From the NCBI GenBank assembly GCA_035534615.1, contig DATLRO010000068.1:3432-67431 (forward strand): a DNA stretch of 64,000 bases. The letters run 5' to 3'. Each line of letters starts with the position of its first letter. Position 1 is the first letter of the stretch. The stretch is from Vicinamibacterales bacterium. Its GTDB lineage: Bacteria > Acidobacteriota > Vicinamibacteria > Vicinamibacterales > CAVVIG01. A model generated the notes under the pieces. The model saw nothing but the letters and a program-made list of their open reading frames with translations, was not told the origin of the DNA and searched no databases. The position numbers and the translations under genes are program-made. Of the stretch, positions 1 to 14,406 are shown piece by piece.

Positions 1-11
1 ATCTGGGCCGG

Positions 12-1631
12 ATGGAGGACGAGCAGCGGCACGTGGAGCAGATCAAGGAGCTCCACTGGGCGACGATGGAGGCGCTCGAACTGGCCAAGCGGTCGGAGAA
101 GGCGCTGGCCTCGGAGAAGGAGCGGCTGGCGATCACGCTCCGGAGCATCGGTGACGGCGTCGTGACGATCGACACACGCGGTCAGATCGTCATGCTCAAC
201 AACATGGCGGAAGTGCTGACCGGCTGGTCGCAGGCGGAGGCGCTCGGCAAGCCGCTGGACGCCGTGCTGCACGTCCTGGACCCCGACACGCACGAGCGGC
301 TGGCGGACCCGCTGGTCGAGGTCGACGGGGCCGACCACCCGGACGGGCGCCGGCAGGCGCTGCTGCGGGCGCGCGACGGCGCGGAGCGGGTCATCGAGCG
401 GATCGCGACGCCGCTGCACGACAAGGACGGCGTGGTCGGCATGGTGCTCGTCATCCGGGACGTCACCGACGCGACGTCGCTCGAGCAGGAGCGGCTGAAG
501 GCGAGCAAGCTCGAGTCGCTCGGCATCCTGGCCGGTGGCATCGCCCACGATTTCAACAACATCCTGATGGCGGTCGTCGGCAACCTGTCGCTGGCGAGCA
601 TGGCCGCGGTCGACGAGAAGACCCGGAAGCGGCTCTCGGAGGCCGAAAAGGCGTGCGTGCGCGCCCGGAGCCTGACGCAGCAGCTGCTGACCTTCTCGAA
701 GGGGGGCGCGCCCGTGCGGAAGACGATGGCGGTCGGCGCGCTGCTCGAGGATTCGTCGCAGTTCGCGCTGCGCGGCGCCAACGTGAAGTGCGAGGTCGCG
801 ATCCCGCCGGACCTCTGGCAGGTGGATGCCGACGAAGGGCAGATGAACCAGGTCATCAACAACATCGTGCTGAACGCCAAGCAGGCCATGCCGAAGGGCG
901 GGACCGTGCGCGTCAGCGCCGACAACCTGGTCATCGGCCCGGACGACCGGCCGGCCGGCTTCGATCAGCCCGACGGGCGCTACGTCCGGCTGTCGATTGC
1001 CGACGAAGGCACCGGGATTCCGGAGGAAATCCGGCGCCGGATCTTCGATCCCTACTTCACGACCAAGCCGAAAGGCAGCGGGCTCGGCCTGGCGTCGTCG
1101 TACTCGATCATCCGGAAGCACGACGGCTGCATCGGCGTCGAGTCGCAGGTCGGTGTCGGCACGACGTTCCACATCTACCTCCCGGTCTCGGCGAAGCAGA
1201 TCCGGGCGGTGGCCGCGCCGCAGGAAACCATGGCGCGGGGCCGGGGGCGCGTGCTGCTCATGGACGACGAGGACGTCGTCCGGGACGTCGCCGGCGAGAT
1301 GCTCCAGTTCATCGGCTACGAGGTCGTCGCGGTCGCCGACGGGCGCGACGCCATCGAGACCTACAAGCGCGAGATGGCGGCCGGCCGGAGGTTCGACGCC
1401 GTCATCACCGACCTGACCGTGCCGGGCGGCATGGGCGGCAAGGACGCGGTCAGCGCCCTCCGGGAGTTCGACCCCGACGTGCACGCCATCGTGTCGAGCG
1501 GCTACGCCGACGATCCGGTCATGGCCGAATTCCGGCGGTACGGCTTCCGGGGCGTCGTGGCGAAGCCGTTCACGGTGAAGGAGCTGGCCAAGGTGCTCCA
1601 CACCGCCGAAGCGGCGGCCGCGGTGGCCTAG
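12..1631 (+). CDS. hybrid sensor histidine kinase / response regulator (N-terminus probably upstream of window)
   Basis: PAS-like segment, H-box IAHDFNNIL, HATPase boxes (DEGTGIP, GSGLGL), C-terminal receiver (LLMDDED..DLTVPG..KPF). The frame is open back to position 3. Confidence 0.85.
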   Translation: MEDEQRHVEQIKELHWATMEALELAKRSEKALASEKERLAITLRSIGDGVVTIDTRGQIVMLNNMAEVLTGWSQAEALGKPLDAVLHVLDPDTHERLADPLVEVDGADHPDGRRQALLRARDGAERVIERIATPLHDKDGVVGMVLVIRDVTDATSLEQERLKASKLESLGILAGGIAHDFNNILMAVVGNLSLASMAAVDEKTRKRLSEAEKACVRARSLTQQLLTFSKGGAPVRKTMAVGALLEDSSQFALRGANVKCEVAIPPDLWQVDADEGQMNQVINNIVLNAKQAMPKGGTVRVSADNLVIGPDDRPAGFDQPDGRYVRLSIADEGTGIPEEIRRRIFDPYFTTKPKGSGLGLASSYSIIRKHDGCIGVESQVGVGTTFHIYLPVSAKQIRAVAAPQETMARGRGRVLLMDDEDVVRDVAGEMLQFIGYEVVAVADGRDAIETYKREMAAGRRFDAVITDLTVPGGMGGKDAVSALREFDPDVHAIVSSGYADDPVMAEFRRYGFRGVVAKPFTVKELAKVLHTAEAAAAVA

Positions 1632-1730
1632 TCTGCGCGGCGTTCCGGTGTCCGATCCGGCGCCCTCCGGCGGCGCCCTCCCGGGTGCTATGCTCTACGC
1701 GACGGCGCCAGCCTCAACGCGGAGCACACC

Positions 1731-2690
1731 GTGGCCTTTCCCTACGAGCTGTTCGATCTGTCGGGAGTCCGGACCTATCCGCTGAAGTCGCGCGACAGCA
1801 AGGTCCGGGTCGAGGCGTTCGCCCGGCCGCACGCGGCCGGCCAGGGGGTCGGCGGGCTGCTGGCGTCGCTGCCCGACATCCTGGCCGGATCCGACTTCCG
1901 GGCGGTGGTCCGGGCCATCGTCGAGGCGCGGCGGGCCGACGGCGGGTTGCTCTGGGGGCTGGGGGCGCACGTCGTCAAGACCGGCCTCGGCCCGATCGTG
2001 ATCGACCTCATGGAGCGCGGGTTCGTCTCGGGCCTCGCGGTCAACGGCGCGACGATGATTCACGACTTCGAGGTGGCGCTGGTCGGCGCGACCTCGGAAG
2101 ACGTCGATGCGGCGCTCGGCCCGGGCCGGTTCGGCATGGCCGACGAGACCGGCCGGCTGCTGAACGGCGCGATCAACGACGGCGTGGCGGCGGGGCTCGG
2201 GATCGGCCAGGCGGCCGGCGCGTACCTGCTCGGGCGGCAGCCGCAGTATCTCCGGTACAGCGTGCTGGCGCAGGCCGCCCGGCTCGGCATTCCGGTCACC
2301 GTGCACGTGGCGATCGGCACCGACATCATCCACATGCATCCTGCCGCGTCGGGAGCGGCGCTCGGCGAAGGCAGCCTGCGCGACTTCCGATATTTCGCGT
2401 CGAACGTGGCGCGGCTGGACCGCGGGGTCTACCTCAACTGCGGATCGGCGGTCGTGCTGCCCGAGGTGTTCCTCAAGGCGATCGCGCTCGCGCGGAACCG
2501 GGGCGTGGCGTTCGCCGGCCTGACGACCGTGAACCTCGACTTCGCGAGGCTGTACCGGCCGCAGACGAACGTCGTGTCGCGACCGGTGGCCGGCGGCGGG
2601 CGGGGCTACGCGCTGGTCGGCCATCACGAGCTGCTGATCCCCCTGCTGGCCGCGGCGGTCATCGAGGAGGCGGGAGCGATCGGCGGCTGA
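1731..2690 (+). CDS. hypothetical protein, possibly deoxyhypusine-synthase-like fold
   Basis: 319-aa ORF with GTG start and GC3-rich codons. The segment AVNGATMIHDFEVALVG resembles the TTGANLxHDxxxALG region of DHS-family proteins; this is recognised from memory only. Confidence 0.5.
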   Translation: MAFPYELFDLSGVRTYPLKSRDSKVRVEAFARPHAAGQGVGGLLASLPDILAGSDFRAVVRAIVEARRADGGLLWGLGAHVVKTGLGPIVIDLMERGFVSGLAVNGATMIHDFEVALVGATSEDVDAALGPGRFGMADETGRLLNGAINDGVAAGLGIGQAAGAYLLGRQPQYLRYSVLAQAARLGIPVTVHVAIGTDIIHMHPAASGAALGEGSLRDFRYFASNVARLDRGVYLNCGSAVVLPEVFLKAIALARNRGVAFAGLTTVNLDFARLYRPQTNVVSRPVAGGGRGYALVGHHELLIPLLAAAVIEEAGAIGG

Positions 2691-2773
2691 TTGGAGGCGG
2701 GCGGGTGCCCGCGGTACCGTGGCGGGGCCCGTCCCGGAGACCGGCGCCGACTATGGTAAACTTGAAAGTTCAC

Positions 2774-2850
2774 GCCGGTGTAGCTCAGTTGGTTAGAGCA
2801 CGCGGCTCATATCCGCGGCGTCCGGGGTTCAAGTCCCTGCACCGGCACCA
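2774..2850 (+). tRNA. tRNA with CAU anticodon (elongator Met or lysidine-dependent Ile2), CCA encoded
   Basis: Manual cloverleaf: acceptor GCCGGTG/CACCGGC, D arm GCTC-AGTTGGTTA-GAGC, anticodon stem CGCGG/CCGCG with loop CTCATAT, 5-nt variable loop, T arm CGGGG-TTCAAGT-CCCTG, discriminator A, CCA. The G1-C72 pair argues against an initiator tRNA. Confidence 0.9.
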
Positions 2851-2857
2851 AATTCAT

Positions 2858-2874
2858 TCGGGGCTCTGCCCCGA
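2858..2874 (+). terminator. hairpin immediately 3' of the tRNA (processing or terminator stem-loop)
   Basis: tcggggc-tct-gccccga, a 7-bp GC-rich stem starting 8 nt after the CCA end. No U-tract follows. Confidence 0.35.
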
Positions 2875-3079
2875 GCCCGCGCCTTCGCGCGAAACGCTCC
2901 GGCGGGCCGCCGGAGCCTTGGCGAAGGCTGGCCGGCTCGCTTCACTGCGCTCGCGACGCTGGCTCGCTCCGTTCCGCTCGCGCCCCCTCGATGCCCTCAG
3001 GGCGCCTCGAGCTTGCCGAGAGGCGGGCGCGCGTTGCGCGCCGCCGCGCACGTCCTCGAGGCACGTGCGCGGTTTCGAG

Positions 3080-4503
3080 ATGGCGTCTCTCCTCGCCCGG
3101 GTGATCGGCACAATTCGGGAGCACGACCTGGCGCCGCGCGGGGCGGCCGTGCTGGCGGCGCTGTCGGGCGGGTCCGATTCGGTCGCGCTGGTGTCGCTGC
3201 TGCGCGAGGCGGAGGACGCCGGTGAGCTGCGGCTGGTCGGCCTCGCGCACTTTCATCACGGCCTGCGGCCCGGCGAGGCGGATGCCGACGAGCAGTTCTG
3301 CGTGGCACTGGCCGGGCGGATCGGCGTGCCGATCGACGTCGGCCGGGGCGACGTGGCCGCGCTCGCGCGGGCGCGCCGGCTGTCGATCGAGGACGCCGCG
3401 CGCGTCGCCCGCTACGCGTTCCTCGAGGAGGCGCGCCAGCGCGCCGGCGCGGCCGTGGTGGCCGTCGGGCACACCCGCGACGACCAGGCGGAGACGTTCC
3501 TGCTGCGCGTCGTCCGCGGCGCCGGCACCCGCGGGCTGGCGGCCATTCGTCCGCGCGCCGGCTGCGTCATCCGGCCGCTGCTGGACTGCGGGCGCGACGA
3601 GCTGCGGCGCCACCTCGCGGATCGCGGACTCTCCTTCCGCGACGATGCGACGAACGCCGATCGCCGGATTCCCCGCAACCGCGTCCGCCACGAGACCCTG
3701 CCGGCGCTGCGCCGGCATTTCAACCCCGAGGTGACCGCGGTCCTGGCCCGCGAGGCCACCCTCGCCCGCGACGATGCCGCGCTGCTGGAGCAGCTCGCCG
3801 GCGAGGCCTACGGCGCGCTCGTGACGGAAGGGGACGGGGAACTGCGCCTCCACGCGGACCGGCTCCGCCGGACGCCGCGCGCGCTGGCGCGGCGGGTGGC
3901 CCAGCAGGCGCTCGCGGCGACGGCCGGCGGGCGGTTCGTCGGCTTCCATCATGTCGAGGTGCTGCTCGCCCTGTGCGGGCCGGACGCCCGGGGCGGCGTG
4001 GATCTGCCGGGGCAGCGGGCGGAACGAAATGGCGGAGAGGTCGTCTTAGTGAGTAGGGCCGGCGGCGTCGCGCCACCGGCCACGGCCGCGTTTCAGTATC
4101 CGCTGGCCGTTCCGGGAACCGTGGAGGTCCCCGAGGCCGGCTGCCGGATTTCGGCGGTCCTGCCCGGGCCGGGCGGCGATCCGGCGGCCGACCCGGGCGC
4201 CTGGACCGGCCGCGGGCCGTGGGCGCTGGTGGCCGCGGGCCGGGTACGGCCCGGCCTGGGCGTCCGCAGCCGCCGGCCGGGCGACCGGTTTCAGCCGGCC
4301 GGATTCGGCGGGCACCGGAAACTGCAGGATTTCTTCGTTGATCACAAAATTGCCCGACCCGACCGCGATCGGGTGCCGCTGGTGGTCGACGCCGAGGACC
4401 GGATCGTCTGGGTGGCGGGCCACCGGCTGGCGGACGAGTTTCGTGTGACTGACCGCGCGGCAGGCATGGTAATCTTGAAGCTTGAGGCTCGGGGAGGCAC
4501 GGC

Positions 4504-4507
<4 letters not shown>
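3080..4507 (+). CDS. tilS: tRNA(Ile)-lysidine synthase
   Basis: PP-loop [19 protein letters not shown] motif, TilS C-terminal domain ([24 protein letters not shown]). The ATG at 3080 is in frame with the long 653..4507 ORF, whose upstream part is an Arg/Pro-rich artefact. Confidence 0.9.
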
Positions 4508-6414
<1,907 letters not shown>

Positions 6415-6486
6415 GCCCGGTTCTCTGCGCCCGCCGTCCGGCGCCGGCTTCGGCCGGCCCGGCGCGCCGGGTGCCGGGAGCCGGTC

Positions 6487-7368
6487 GTGATCTCCCGCCG
6501 ACACTACGACCTCCCGCTTCCCGGCGGCCGCCGGCTGGTGCTCGGCCCGCGGACGCTCGTCATGGGCGTGCTGAACGTCACTCCCGATTCCTTCGCCGAG
6601 GCGGTCCCGCGCCTGGATCCCGTCCAGGCGGCCGCCGACGCGCATCGGATGGAAGCCGAAGGGGCCGACCTGATCGACATCGGCGGCGAGTCGACGCGGC
6701 CCGGCGCCGGGCCGGTGACGGTCGAAGAGGAACTGGCGCGCGTCATGCCGGTGATCGACCGGCTGCGCGGGCGCATCGGCGTTCCGCTGGCGATCGACAC
6801 CAGCAAGGCGGCCGTGGCGCGCGCGGCGCTCGACGCGGGCGTCGCGATCGTCAATGACGTGAGCGGGCTGCGCGCCGACCCTGCGCTGGCCGGCGTGGTG
6901 GCCGCGCACGGGGCGGCCCTCGTGCTGATGCACTCGCGCGGCACGCCCCGCGACATGCATCACGAGGCGCGCTACGAGTCGCTCCTCGACGAGGTCGCGG
7001 CCGAGCTGCGGGCGGCGATGGCGCGGGCCGTCGAGGCCGGGGTGCCGGCGGCGCAGCTGATCCTCGACCCCGGAATCGGATTTGCCAAGCGGCCGGCGCA
7101 CAGCTATGGTGTGCTGGCGGGGTTGTCCGCCCTCACCCCGCTCGACCGGCCGCTCCTGGTCGGCCCGTCGCGCAAGTCGTTCCTGTGCACGGCGATTGGC
7201 GACGTGCCGGCCCCTGAGCGCGACTGGGCGACGGCGGCGGCCGTGACGGCTGCCGTCCTGGAGGGCGCCCATATCGTCCGCGTGCACGCGGTGCACGCCA
7301 TGGGACAGGTGGTGCGTGTCGCCGACGAGCTGCGGCGGCACGCGGACGCTTCGGCATGGACAGGCTGA
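6487..7368 (+). CDS. folP: dihydropteroate synthase
   Basis: GVLNVTPDSF, DIGGESTRPG, pterin-binding domain throughout. Confidence 0.93.
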   Translation: MISRRHYDLPLPGGRRLVLGPRTLVMGVLNVTPDSFAEAVPRLDPVQAAADAHRMEAEGADLIDIGGESTRPGAGPVTVEEELARVMPVIDRLRGRIGVPLAIDTSKAAVARAALDAGVAIVNDVSGLRADPALAGVVAAHGAALVLMHSRGTPRDMHHEARYESLLDEVAAELRAAMARAVEAGVPAAQLILDPGIGFAKRPAHSYGVLAGLSALTPLDRPLLVGPSRKSFLCTAIGDVPAPERDWATAAAVTAAVLEGAHIVRVHAVHAMGQVVRVADELRRHADASAWTG

Positions 7369-8165
7369 CCACTCTGCTGCATCGGCCGCCGGGCTGGGGG
7401 GACCTGGTCGACATCGCGGTCGTGGCGATTGCGATCTACCAGGGTTTGCTCCTCATTCGCGGGACGCGGGCCGTGCAGATGGCGCTCGGCAGCGCGTTCA
7501 TCGTGGCGCTGTACTACGTCTCGCGCTGGGGGCACCTCGACACCGTCAACTGGCTGATCCGCAATATGGTCGGCTACGTCGTGTTCGCCGCGATCGTCCT
7601 CTTCCAGTCGGACATCCGGCGGGCGCTCGCCCATCTGGGGCGCGCGCCGTTCTTCCGGCACTTCGCGAAAGCGGCGAGCCAGGACGAGACGATCGAGGAG
7701 CTGGTGGTCAGCGCCGGCATGCTGTCGGCGCAGCACGTCGGCGCCATCATCGTGGTCGAGCGCCAGATCGGGCTGCGGACGTACATCGAGAGCGGCATCC
7801 CGCTCGACGCCCGCCTGACCTACGATCTGCTGCTCAGCATCTTCCACACGTCGTCGCCGCTGCACGACGGCGCCGTCATCATCCAGGACGACCGGATTGC
7901 CGCGGCGGCCTGCTTCCTGCCGCTCACGGTCAACCCGGTGCTGAGCACGGAGCTCGGCTCGCGACACCGGGCCGCCATCGGCCTGAGCGAGGAAACCGAC
8001 GCCGTCGCCATCGTCGTGTCCGAGCGGACCGGGCGGATCTCGCTGGTCTGCGAAGGCGACATCGAGCGCGGCGTCGACCAGGACCGGCTGCGGGAGCGCC
8101 TGCGGACGCTGATGGCCGAACGGCCGGCGGCGGCCTCGCGGGCTTCACGGGACACCGAACGCTGA
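7356..8165 (+). CDS. cdaA: diadenylate cyclase CdaA (DisA_N domain, membrane-anchored)
   Basis: N-terminal TM helices, SPLHDGAVII, GSRHRAAIGLSEETDAVAIVVSERTG. Overlaps the folP stop by 13 nt. Confidence 0.9.
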   Translation: MDRLTTLLHRPPGWGDLVDIAVVAIAIYQGLLLIRGTRAVQMALGSAFIVALYYVSRWGHLDTVNWLIRNMVGYVVFAAIVLFQSDIRRALAHLGRAPFFRHFAKAASQDETIEELVVSAGMLSAQHVGAIIVVERQIGLRTYIESGIPLDARLTYDLLLSIFHTSSPLHDGAVIIQDDRIAAAACFLPLTVNPVLSTELGSRHRAAIGLSEETDAVAIVVSERTGRISLVCEGDIERGVDQDRLRERLRTLMAERPAAASRASRDTER

Positions 8166-9082
8166 TGCGCTATCGTTTCCGGCCGTTCCGGCATTTCGGG
8201 CTGAAGGTGCTGGCCGTCGTGCTGGCGTTCCTGCTGTGGCTGGTGGTCGCCGGCGAGGAGACGGTCGAGCGCAGCGTGCGCGTGCCGCTCGAGCTGCAGC
8301 AGGTGCCGGCCGGGCTCGATCTGGTCAGCGAGCCGCCGGCGACGGTGGACGTGCTCGTCCGCGGCGCCTCCGACGCCGTGAGCCGCATGTCGCCCGGCGA
8401 TCTGGTGGCCGTGCTCGACCTGCGCACCGCCCGCTCCGGCCGCCGGTTCTTTCCGCTGACGCCGGAGGAAGTGCGGGCGCCGTTCGGGGTCGACGTCGTC
8501 GAGGTCGTGCCGAACACCGTCGCGATCGTGTTCGAGAAGGAAGGCCGCAAGCTCGTGCCGATTGCCCCGTCGGTGGAGGGCCGCCCGGCCCCCGGCTACA
8601 TGATCGGGCAGATCACGTCGGACCCGGCGTCCGTCACCGTGATCGGCCCCGACAGCGTGCTCGACCGGCTGCCGGCGGCGATGACCGAGCCCGTGCTCGT
8701 CGCCGGCGCGAAGTCCCGGGTGCAGGAGGCGGTGACGGTCGGGGTGGCCGATCCGCACCTGCGGCTGCAGGCGCCGGTCACGGCGAAGGTGACGGTGAAT
8801 GTCATTCCCGCCCCGGCGGAGCGGACGCTGCTCCACGTCCCGGTCCGCATCCAGCACCTGGGCCCGGGGCTCGAGGCGCGGGCGCTCCCGCCGGTCGTGA
8901 AGGTGACCGTGCGCGGCAGCGAGACGGCGGTCAGGGCGCTGCGGGCCGATTCGATCATCGTCTCCGTCGATGCCAGCGGGCTCGGGGCCGGCCGCTACAC
9001 GCTGACGCCGCGCGCTGCGCCGCAGCGCGACACCGGGATCGTCCAGATCGAGCCGGCGGAAGTCCAGATTACAATCAGATAG
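8165..9082 (+). CDS. cdaR: CdaR / YbbR-domain regulator of CdaA
   Basis: The ATG overlaps the cdaA stop (TGATG). One TM segment followed by repeated YbbR-like beta-rich modules. Conserved position between cdaA and glmM. Confidence 0.75.
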   Translation: MRYRFRPFRHFGLKVLAVVLAFLLWLVVAGEETVERSVRVPLELQQVPAGLDLVSEPPATVDVLVRGASDAVSRMSPGDLVAVLDLRTARSGRRFFPLTPEEVRAPFGVDVVEVVPNTVAIVFEKEGRKLVPIAPSVEGRPAPGYMIGQITSDPASVTVIGPDSVLDRLPAAMTEPVLVAGAKSRVQEAVTVGVADPHLRLQAPVTAKVTVNVIPAPAERTLLHVPVRIQHLGPGLEARALPPVVKVTVRGSETAVRALRADSIIVSVDASGLGAGRYTLTPRAAPQRDTGIVQIEPAEVQITIR

Positions 9083-9105
9083 CGGGCGCGGCCCGCGACC
9101 TCGCC

Positions 9106-10443
<1,338 letters not shown>

Positions 10444-10463
10444 CGGAACGGAGCACGCGACAC

Positions 10464-11309
<846 letters not shown>

Positions 11310-11385
11310 GGCAGATCCTCCCTGATCGTCCCCTGCACTCCGCCTTCCCTCGCGTCCGGCCGGCTCGTGGGCGGCGGCGGTCCGC

Positions 11386-14217
11386 CTATTCTTCCAGCGC
11401 CAGCCTGCCGAAGAGCGGCTGTCCCGTGCGGGCGGCGTAGAAGCCGAAGCAGGTGATGCCGACGGCGAGCAGCAGGGCGATATTGCCCGACAGCGCCCAC
11501 CAGGCTCCGGGGGAGCGCGACAACGGCACCGAGGAGAGCAGGTTGTCGAAGAAGAGCGCCACGGTCACCGTGAGCAGACCGAAGCGGAACACGGCGACCG
11601 TGATCAGCAGGATCACCACCACGCCGACGAGGGCGACGGGCCACCCGTTGCTGATGTAGGCGCCGCTGTTGGAGGCCACCGTCACGATTGCCACGACGAG
11701 GGCAATGGCCAGCCAGGCGCGCCGCACCAGGAGCCGCAGGATGACGAAGAAGAGCGCCAGCAGCAGCGCGCTCTCCAGCGCGCTGTAGGCGACCTGCACC
11801 GCAGCGAGCGGCAGGGCGGCGGAGTGGGCCAGCAGATTCACCTGGTCGCCCAGGGGCGGGGTTCCCGCTTTCGTACCGCTCAGCGCCGGCGCGAGTCCCC
11901 GGGCCACTTCCGTCAACAGGAGCACGACGCCCAGGGCGGCGCCGGCGAGGATGTCGTGGCCGACCCGCGGATCGCGCAGGCGACCCGACATGAGGCGGCT
12001 CCAGCCCAGCAGGCCGTCCGGCCAGTAGCGGCGGGCGTAGGGCTCGATGGCGACGTACATCACCCAGACCTGGGCCACCTGCAGCAGGGCGATGCCGACG
12101 GCGACCAGGAGATGCTGCAGTTCGACGTACGGCGACGGCGTGTGGTGGGCGGCGAACAGCCAGCCGACCGTGATGCCGCCAAACAGCGCGAGGGTCAGTC
12201 GTGTGGCGGCGCGCCAGTCGGCACGGCGGGCGCGCACGTGCCGGTACGCAAGCAGCGCCGCGCCGAAGAGCGACAGGTTCCAGACCATCAGGTTGAAGAG
12301 ACCCGAGAGAAACTGCGCCGCGGACTGCCGGGCCGGCTCCGGCGGTTTCATCCACGGCCCGATGACGGAAAAGGCGGTCGGGCGGCCGCGGTAGGCGGCG
12401 GCTTCCACGCGCACCGTCACGCCGGGCCGATCGCCGAGCGGCCCTTCCCAGGCCTGGCGCACGTCGGCGAACGCCGGCGGCGTCCATTCGGGCGCCACCG
12501 GATGGAAGGCCGCCAGGTCCAGGCCGGCCGCGGTGAACAGCGGCTTCCACTGCGGGGCCGGCGCCGGCCCCGTGTCGGGCTCGAACGCGGGTGGCACGGC
12601 CTGGAACTCGACCAGGCGGCCCCGCGTGTCCGTGACGACGGTCTGCATGCCGGACGTGGTGGCCGGGGGATCGGTCAGTGAAATGTTCGACGTCGGCCCA
12701 CTGGGCGTCATCTGCTGCGGGCTGGTCCGGTACCAGAAGAGGAGGGCCGGCGGCTCGTCGCCGCGCAGGAGGTTCCACCATCCGGTCTGCCCGCTCGTGG
12801 TCCGAACCCAGGCCAGATTGGCCGACGGAATCTGGAAGTTGGACGCCGCGTCGGCCGGCGTCCCGTGGTAGCCGAACGACGCGGTCATCTGCTGAATCCG
12901 GTCGATCAGCACCGCAGGCGGCTTGTCGAGCGGCACGAGCGAGGGAAGCGACGCGCGCGGCCCGAGGACCGCGAAGGCCGCCAGCACGGCCAGCGAGGCG
13001 GCCGTCATCGCCAGCGCGCGGCCGAGCGGCATGGCCGGGCTCTCGCCGGCGGCGATGAGCAGCTCGGGCGACGGCGTCTCGCCGGCGGCGAGCGCCGCGG
13101 CGAGCGGATCGGCGCCCGGCATCGCGGCGGCGACGGCGAGCGCCGATGCCGGCCGCCGCGGCGGATCCTGTTCGAGGCACCGGAGGATGACGCGCTCGAT
13201 GGCCGGGTCCAGATCGGGGACGACCGCGCTCGGCACCGGGCGGCTGCCGCTCTCGTGCAGGGCGACGAGCTCGTGCAGCGATTTGGCCTCGTGCACGCGC
13301 CGGCCCGTGAAGATCTCGAACAGCACGAGCCCGAGGGCGTAGAGGTCGCTGGCGACCGATGCCGGCTCGCGCCTCAGCTGCTCCGGCGCCATGTACTGCG
13401 GCGTGCCGGCAAGCCCCTCCTCGCGTTCGCCGTCCATGGCCGCGAGGCCGAAGTCGGTGAGCCGCACGTTGCCGCGGCCGTCGATCATCACATTGGCCGG
13501 CTTCAGATCGCGGTGGAGCACGCCGCGCTCGTGCGCCGCGGCGAGGCCTGCGCACAGCTGCCGGGCCAGCTCGACGGCCTTATCCTGCGGCACCCGTCCG
13601 ATCCGGCGGAGCAGCGACGCGAGATCCTCGCCGTCGACGTACTCCATCGTAATGAACGGCCGGCCGTCGGCCTCGCCGAGGTCGTAGAGCCGGCAGACGT
13701 TCTTGTGCGACACCTGGCGGGCCACGCGCAGTTCCCCGTGGAACTGCGCCAGCCGCGCGGCGTCGTGTGCCACCTCTTCGGGGAGGAATTTCAGGGCGAC
13801 CGGCTGCCCCAGCGTCAGATCGTCGGCGCGGTAGACCTCGCCCATGCCGCCCCTGCCGAGCAGCGCGACCAGGCGGTAGCGTCCCGCCAGAATCGCGCCC
13901 GACTCGAAGCGGACGGTCGGCGGCCGGCGGTCGCCGGTGGACGCCGGCGTGACGCCCGGCGCGACGGTCCGGGTGGCGGCCGGGTCGTCGAGGCCGGGAG
14001 CGGACCCGGCCGCGGCCGGCGCGGGATCGACCGCGGCGCCGCACGATGGGCAGAACCGCGCGGCGGCCGGCCGGGCGGTGCCGCACGCGGGGCAACAGGG
14101 CACGGCGAGATTGTAGCGGAGATGTCCGGCGCCGCGCCCGCGCCGGAGAGCTCGGCCCTGCCGCCCCGTGCCGTCCGAAGGCGGGCACCGGCGGACGCGA
14201 CGCGTCCTCTTGCCCAC
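11386..14217 (-). CDS. Ser/Thr protein kinase with N-terminal zinc ribbon and large polytopic C-terminal membrane domain
   Basis: CPACG..CPSCG ribbon, GRGGMGEVY, HRDLKPANVM, DFGLA, GTPQYMAPE, then one TM segment, a ~300-aa segment and about 8 hydrophobic helices. The exact start is uncertain (GTG at 14217 or downstream). Confidence 0.85.
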   Translation of the reverse strand: MGKRTRRVRRCPPSDGTGRQGRALRRGRGAGHLRYNLAVPCCPACGTARPAAARFCPSCGAAVDPAPAAAGSAPGLDDPAATRTVAPGVTPASTGDRRPPTVRFESGAILAGRYRLVALLGRGGMGEVYRADDLTLGQPVALKFLPEEVAHDAARLAQFHGELRVARQVSHKNVCRLYDLGEADGRPFITMEYVDGEDLASLLRRIGRVPQDKAVELARQLCAGLAAAHERGVLHRDLKPANVMIDGRGNVRLTDFGLAAMDGEREEGLAGTPQYMAPEQLRREPASVASDLYALGLVLFEIFTGRRVHEAKSLHELVALHESGSRPVPSAVVPDLDPAIERVILRCLEQDPPRRPASALAVAAAMPGADPLAAALAAGETPSPELLIAAGESPAMPLGRALAMTAASLAVLAAFAVLGPRASLPSLVPLDKPPAVLIDRIQQMTASFGYHGTPADAASNFQIPSANLAWVRTTSGQTGWWNLLRGDEPPALLFWYRTSPQQMTPSGPTSNISLTDPPATTSGMQTVVTDTRGRLVEFQAVPPAFEPDTGPAPAPQWKPLFTAAGLDLAAFHPVAPEWTPPAFADVRQAWEGPLGDRPGVTVRVEAAAYRGRPTAFSVIGPWMKPPEPARQSAAQFLSGLFNLMVWNLSLFGAALLAYRHVRARRADWRAATRLTLALFGGITVGWLFAAHHTPSPYVELQHLLVAVGIALLQVAQVWVMYVAIEPYARRYWPDGLLGWSRLMSGRLRDPRVGHDILAGAALGVVLLLTEVARGLAPALSGTKAGTPPLGDQVNLLAHSAALPLAAVQVAYSALESALLLALFFVILRLLVRRAWLAIALVVAIVTVASNSGAYISNGWPVALVGVVVILLITVAVFRFGLLTVTVALFFDNLLSSVPLSRSPGAWWALSGNIALLLAVGITCFGFYAARTGQPLFGRLALEE

Positions 14218-14281
14218 GCGGATCCGGACCGATGGCCCGGGGCGAGCTGGACCGCCGGCCCGCCCGGGATGAATCGCCCGG

Positions 14282-14311
14282 TGGACTGGCTTCGGGAGTC
14301 ACTGCTATGAT
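14282..14311 (+). promoter_or_regulatory. candidate sigma70-type promoter upstream of the TPR/TRASH/BMC gene string
   Basis: TGGACT, 18 nt, TATGAT, about 95 nt upstream of the 14407 start. Motif match by eye only. Confidence 0.25.
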
Positions 14312-14406
14312 CGGGGCTTTCAGCGGGTGACAGCCCGGGTGCGCCGGTGCGTTCGCCGGGGCGCGGCGGGTCTCGAGACCTGAATCCGTCCGCGGCGAGC
14401 ATCTTT

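Noticed and set aside
2774-2850. The tRNA(CAU) read as the initiator tRNA-fMet.
   Set aside because: Positions 1 and 72 form a normal G-C pair. The anticodon stem (CGCGG/CCGCG) lacks the three consecutive G-C pairs characteristic of bacterial initiators.
653-3079. The upstream two-thirds of the 1284-aa track ORF 653..4507.
   Set aside because: The translation is Arg/Pro/Gly/Ala low-complexity. It runs through the 3' part of the histidine-kinase gene, the DHS-like gene and the tRNA in another frame. Only the segment from the ATG at 3080 (SGGSDS PP-loop onward) looks like a real protein (tilS).
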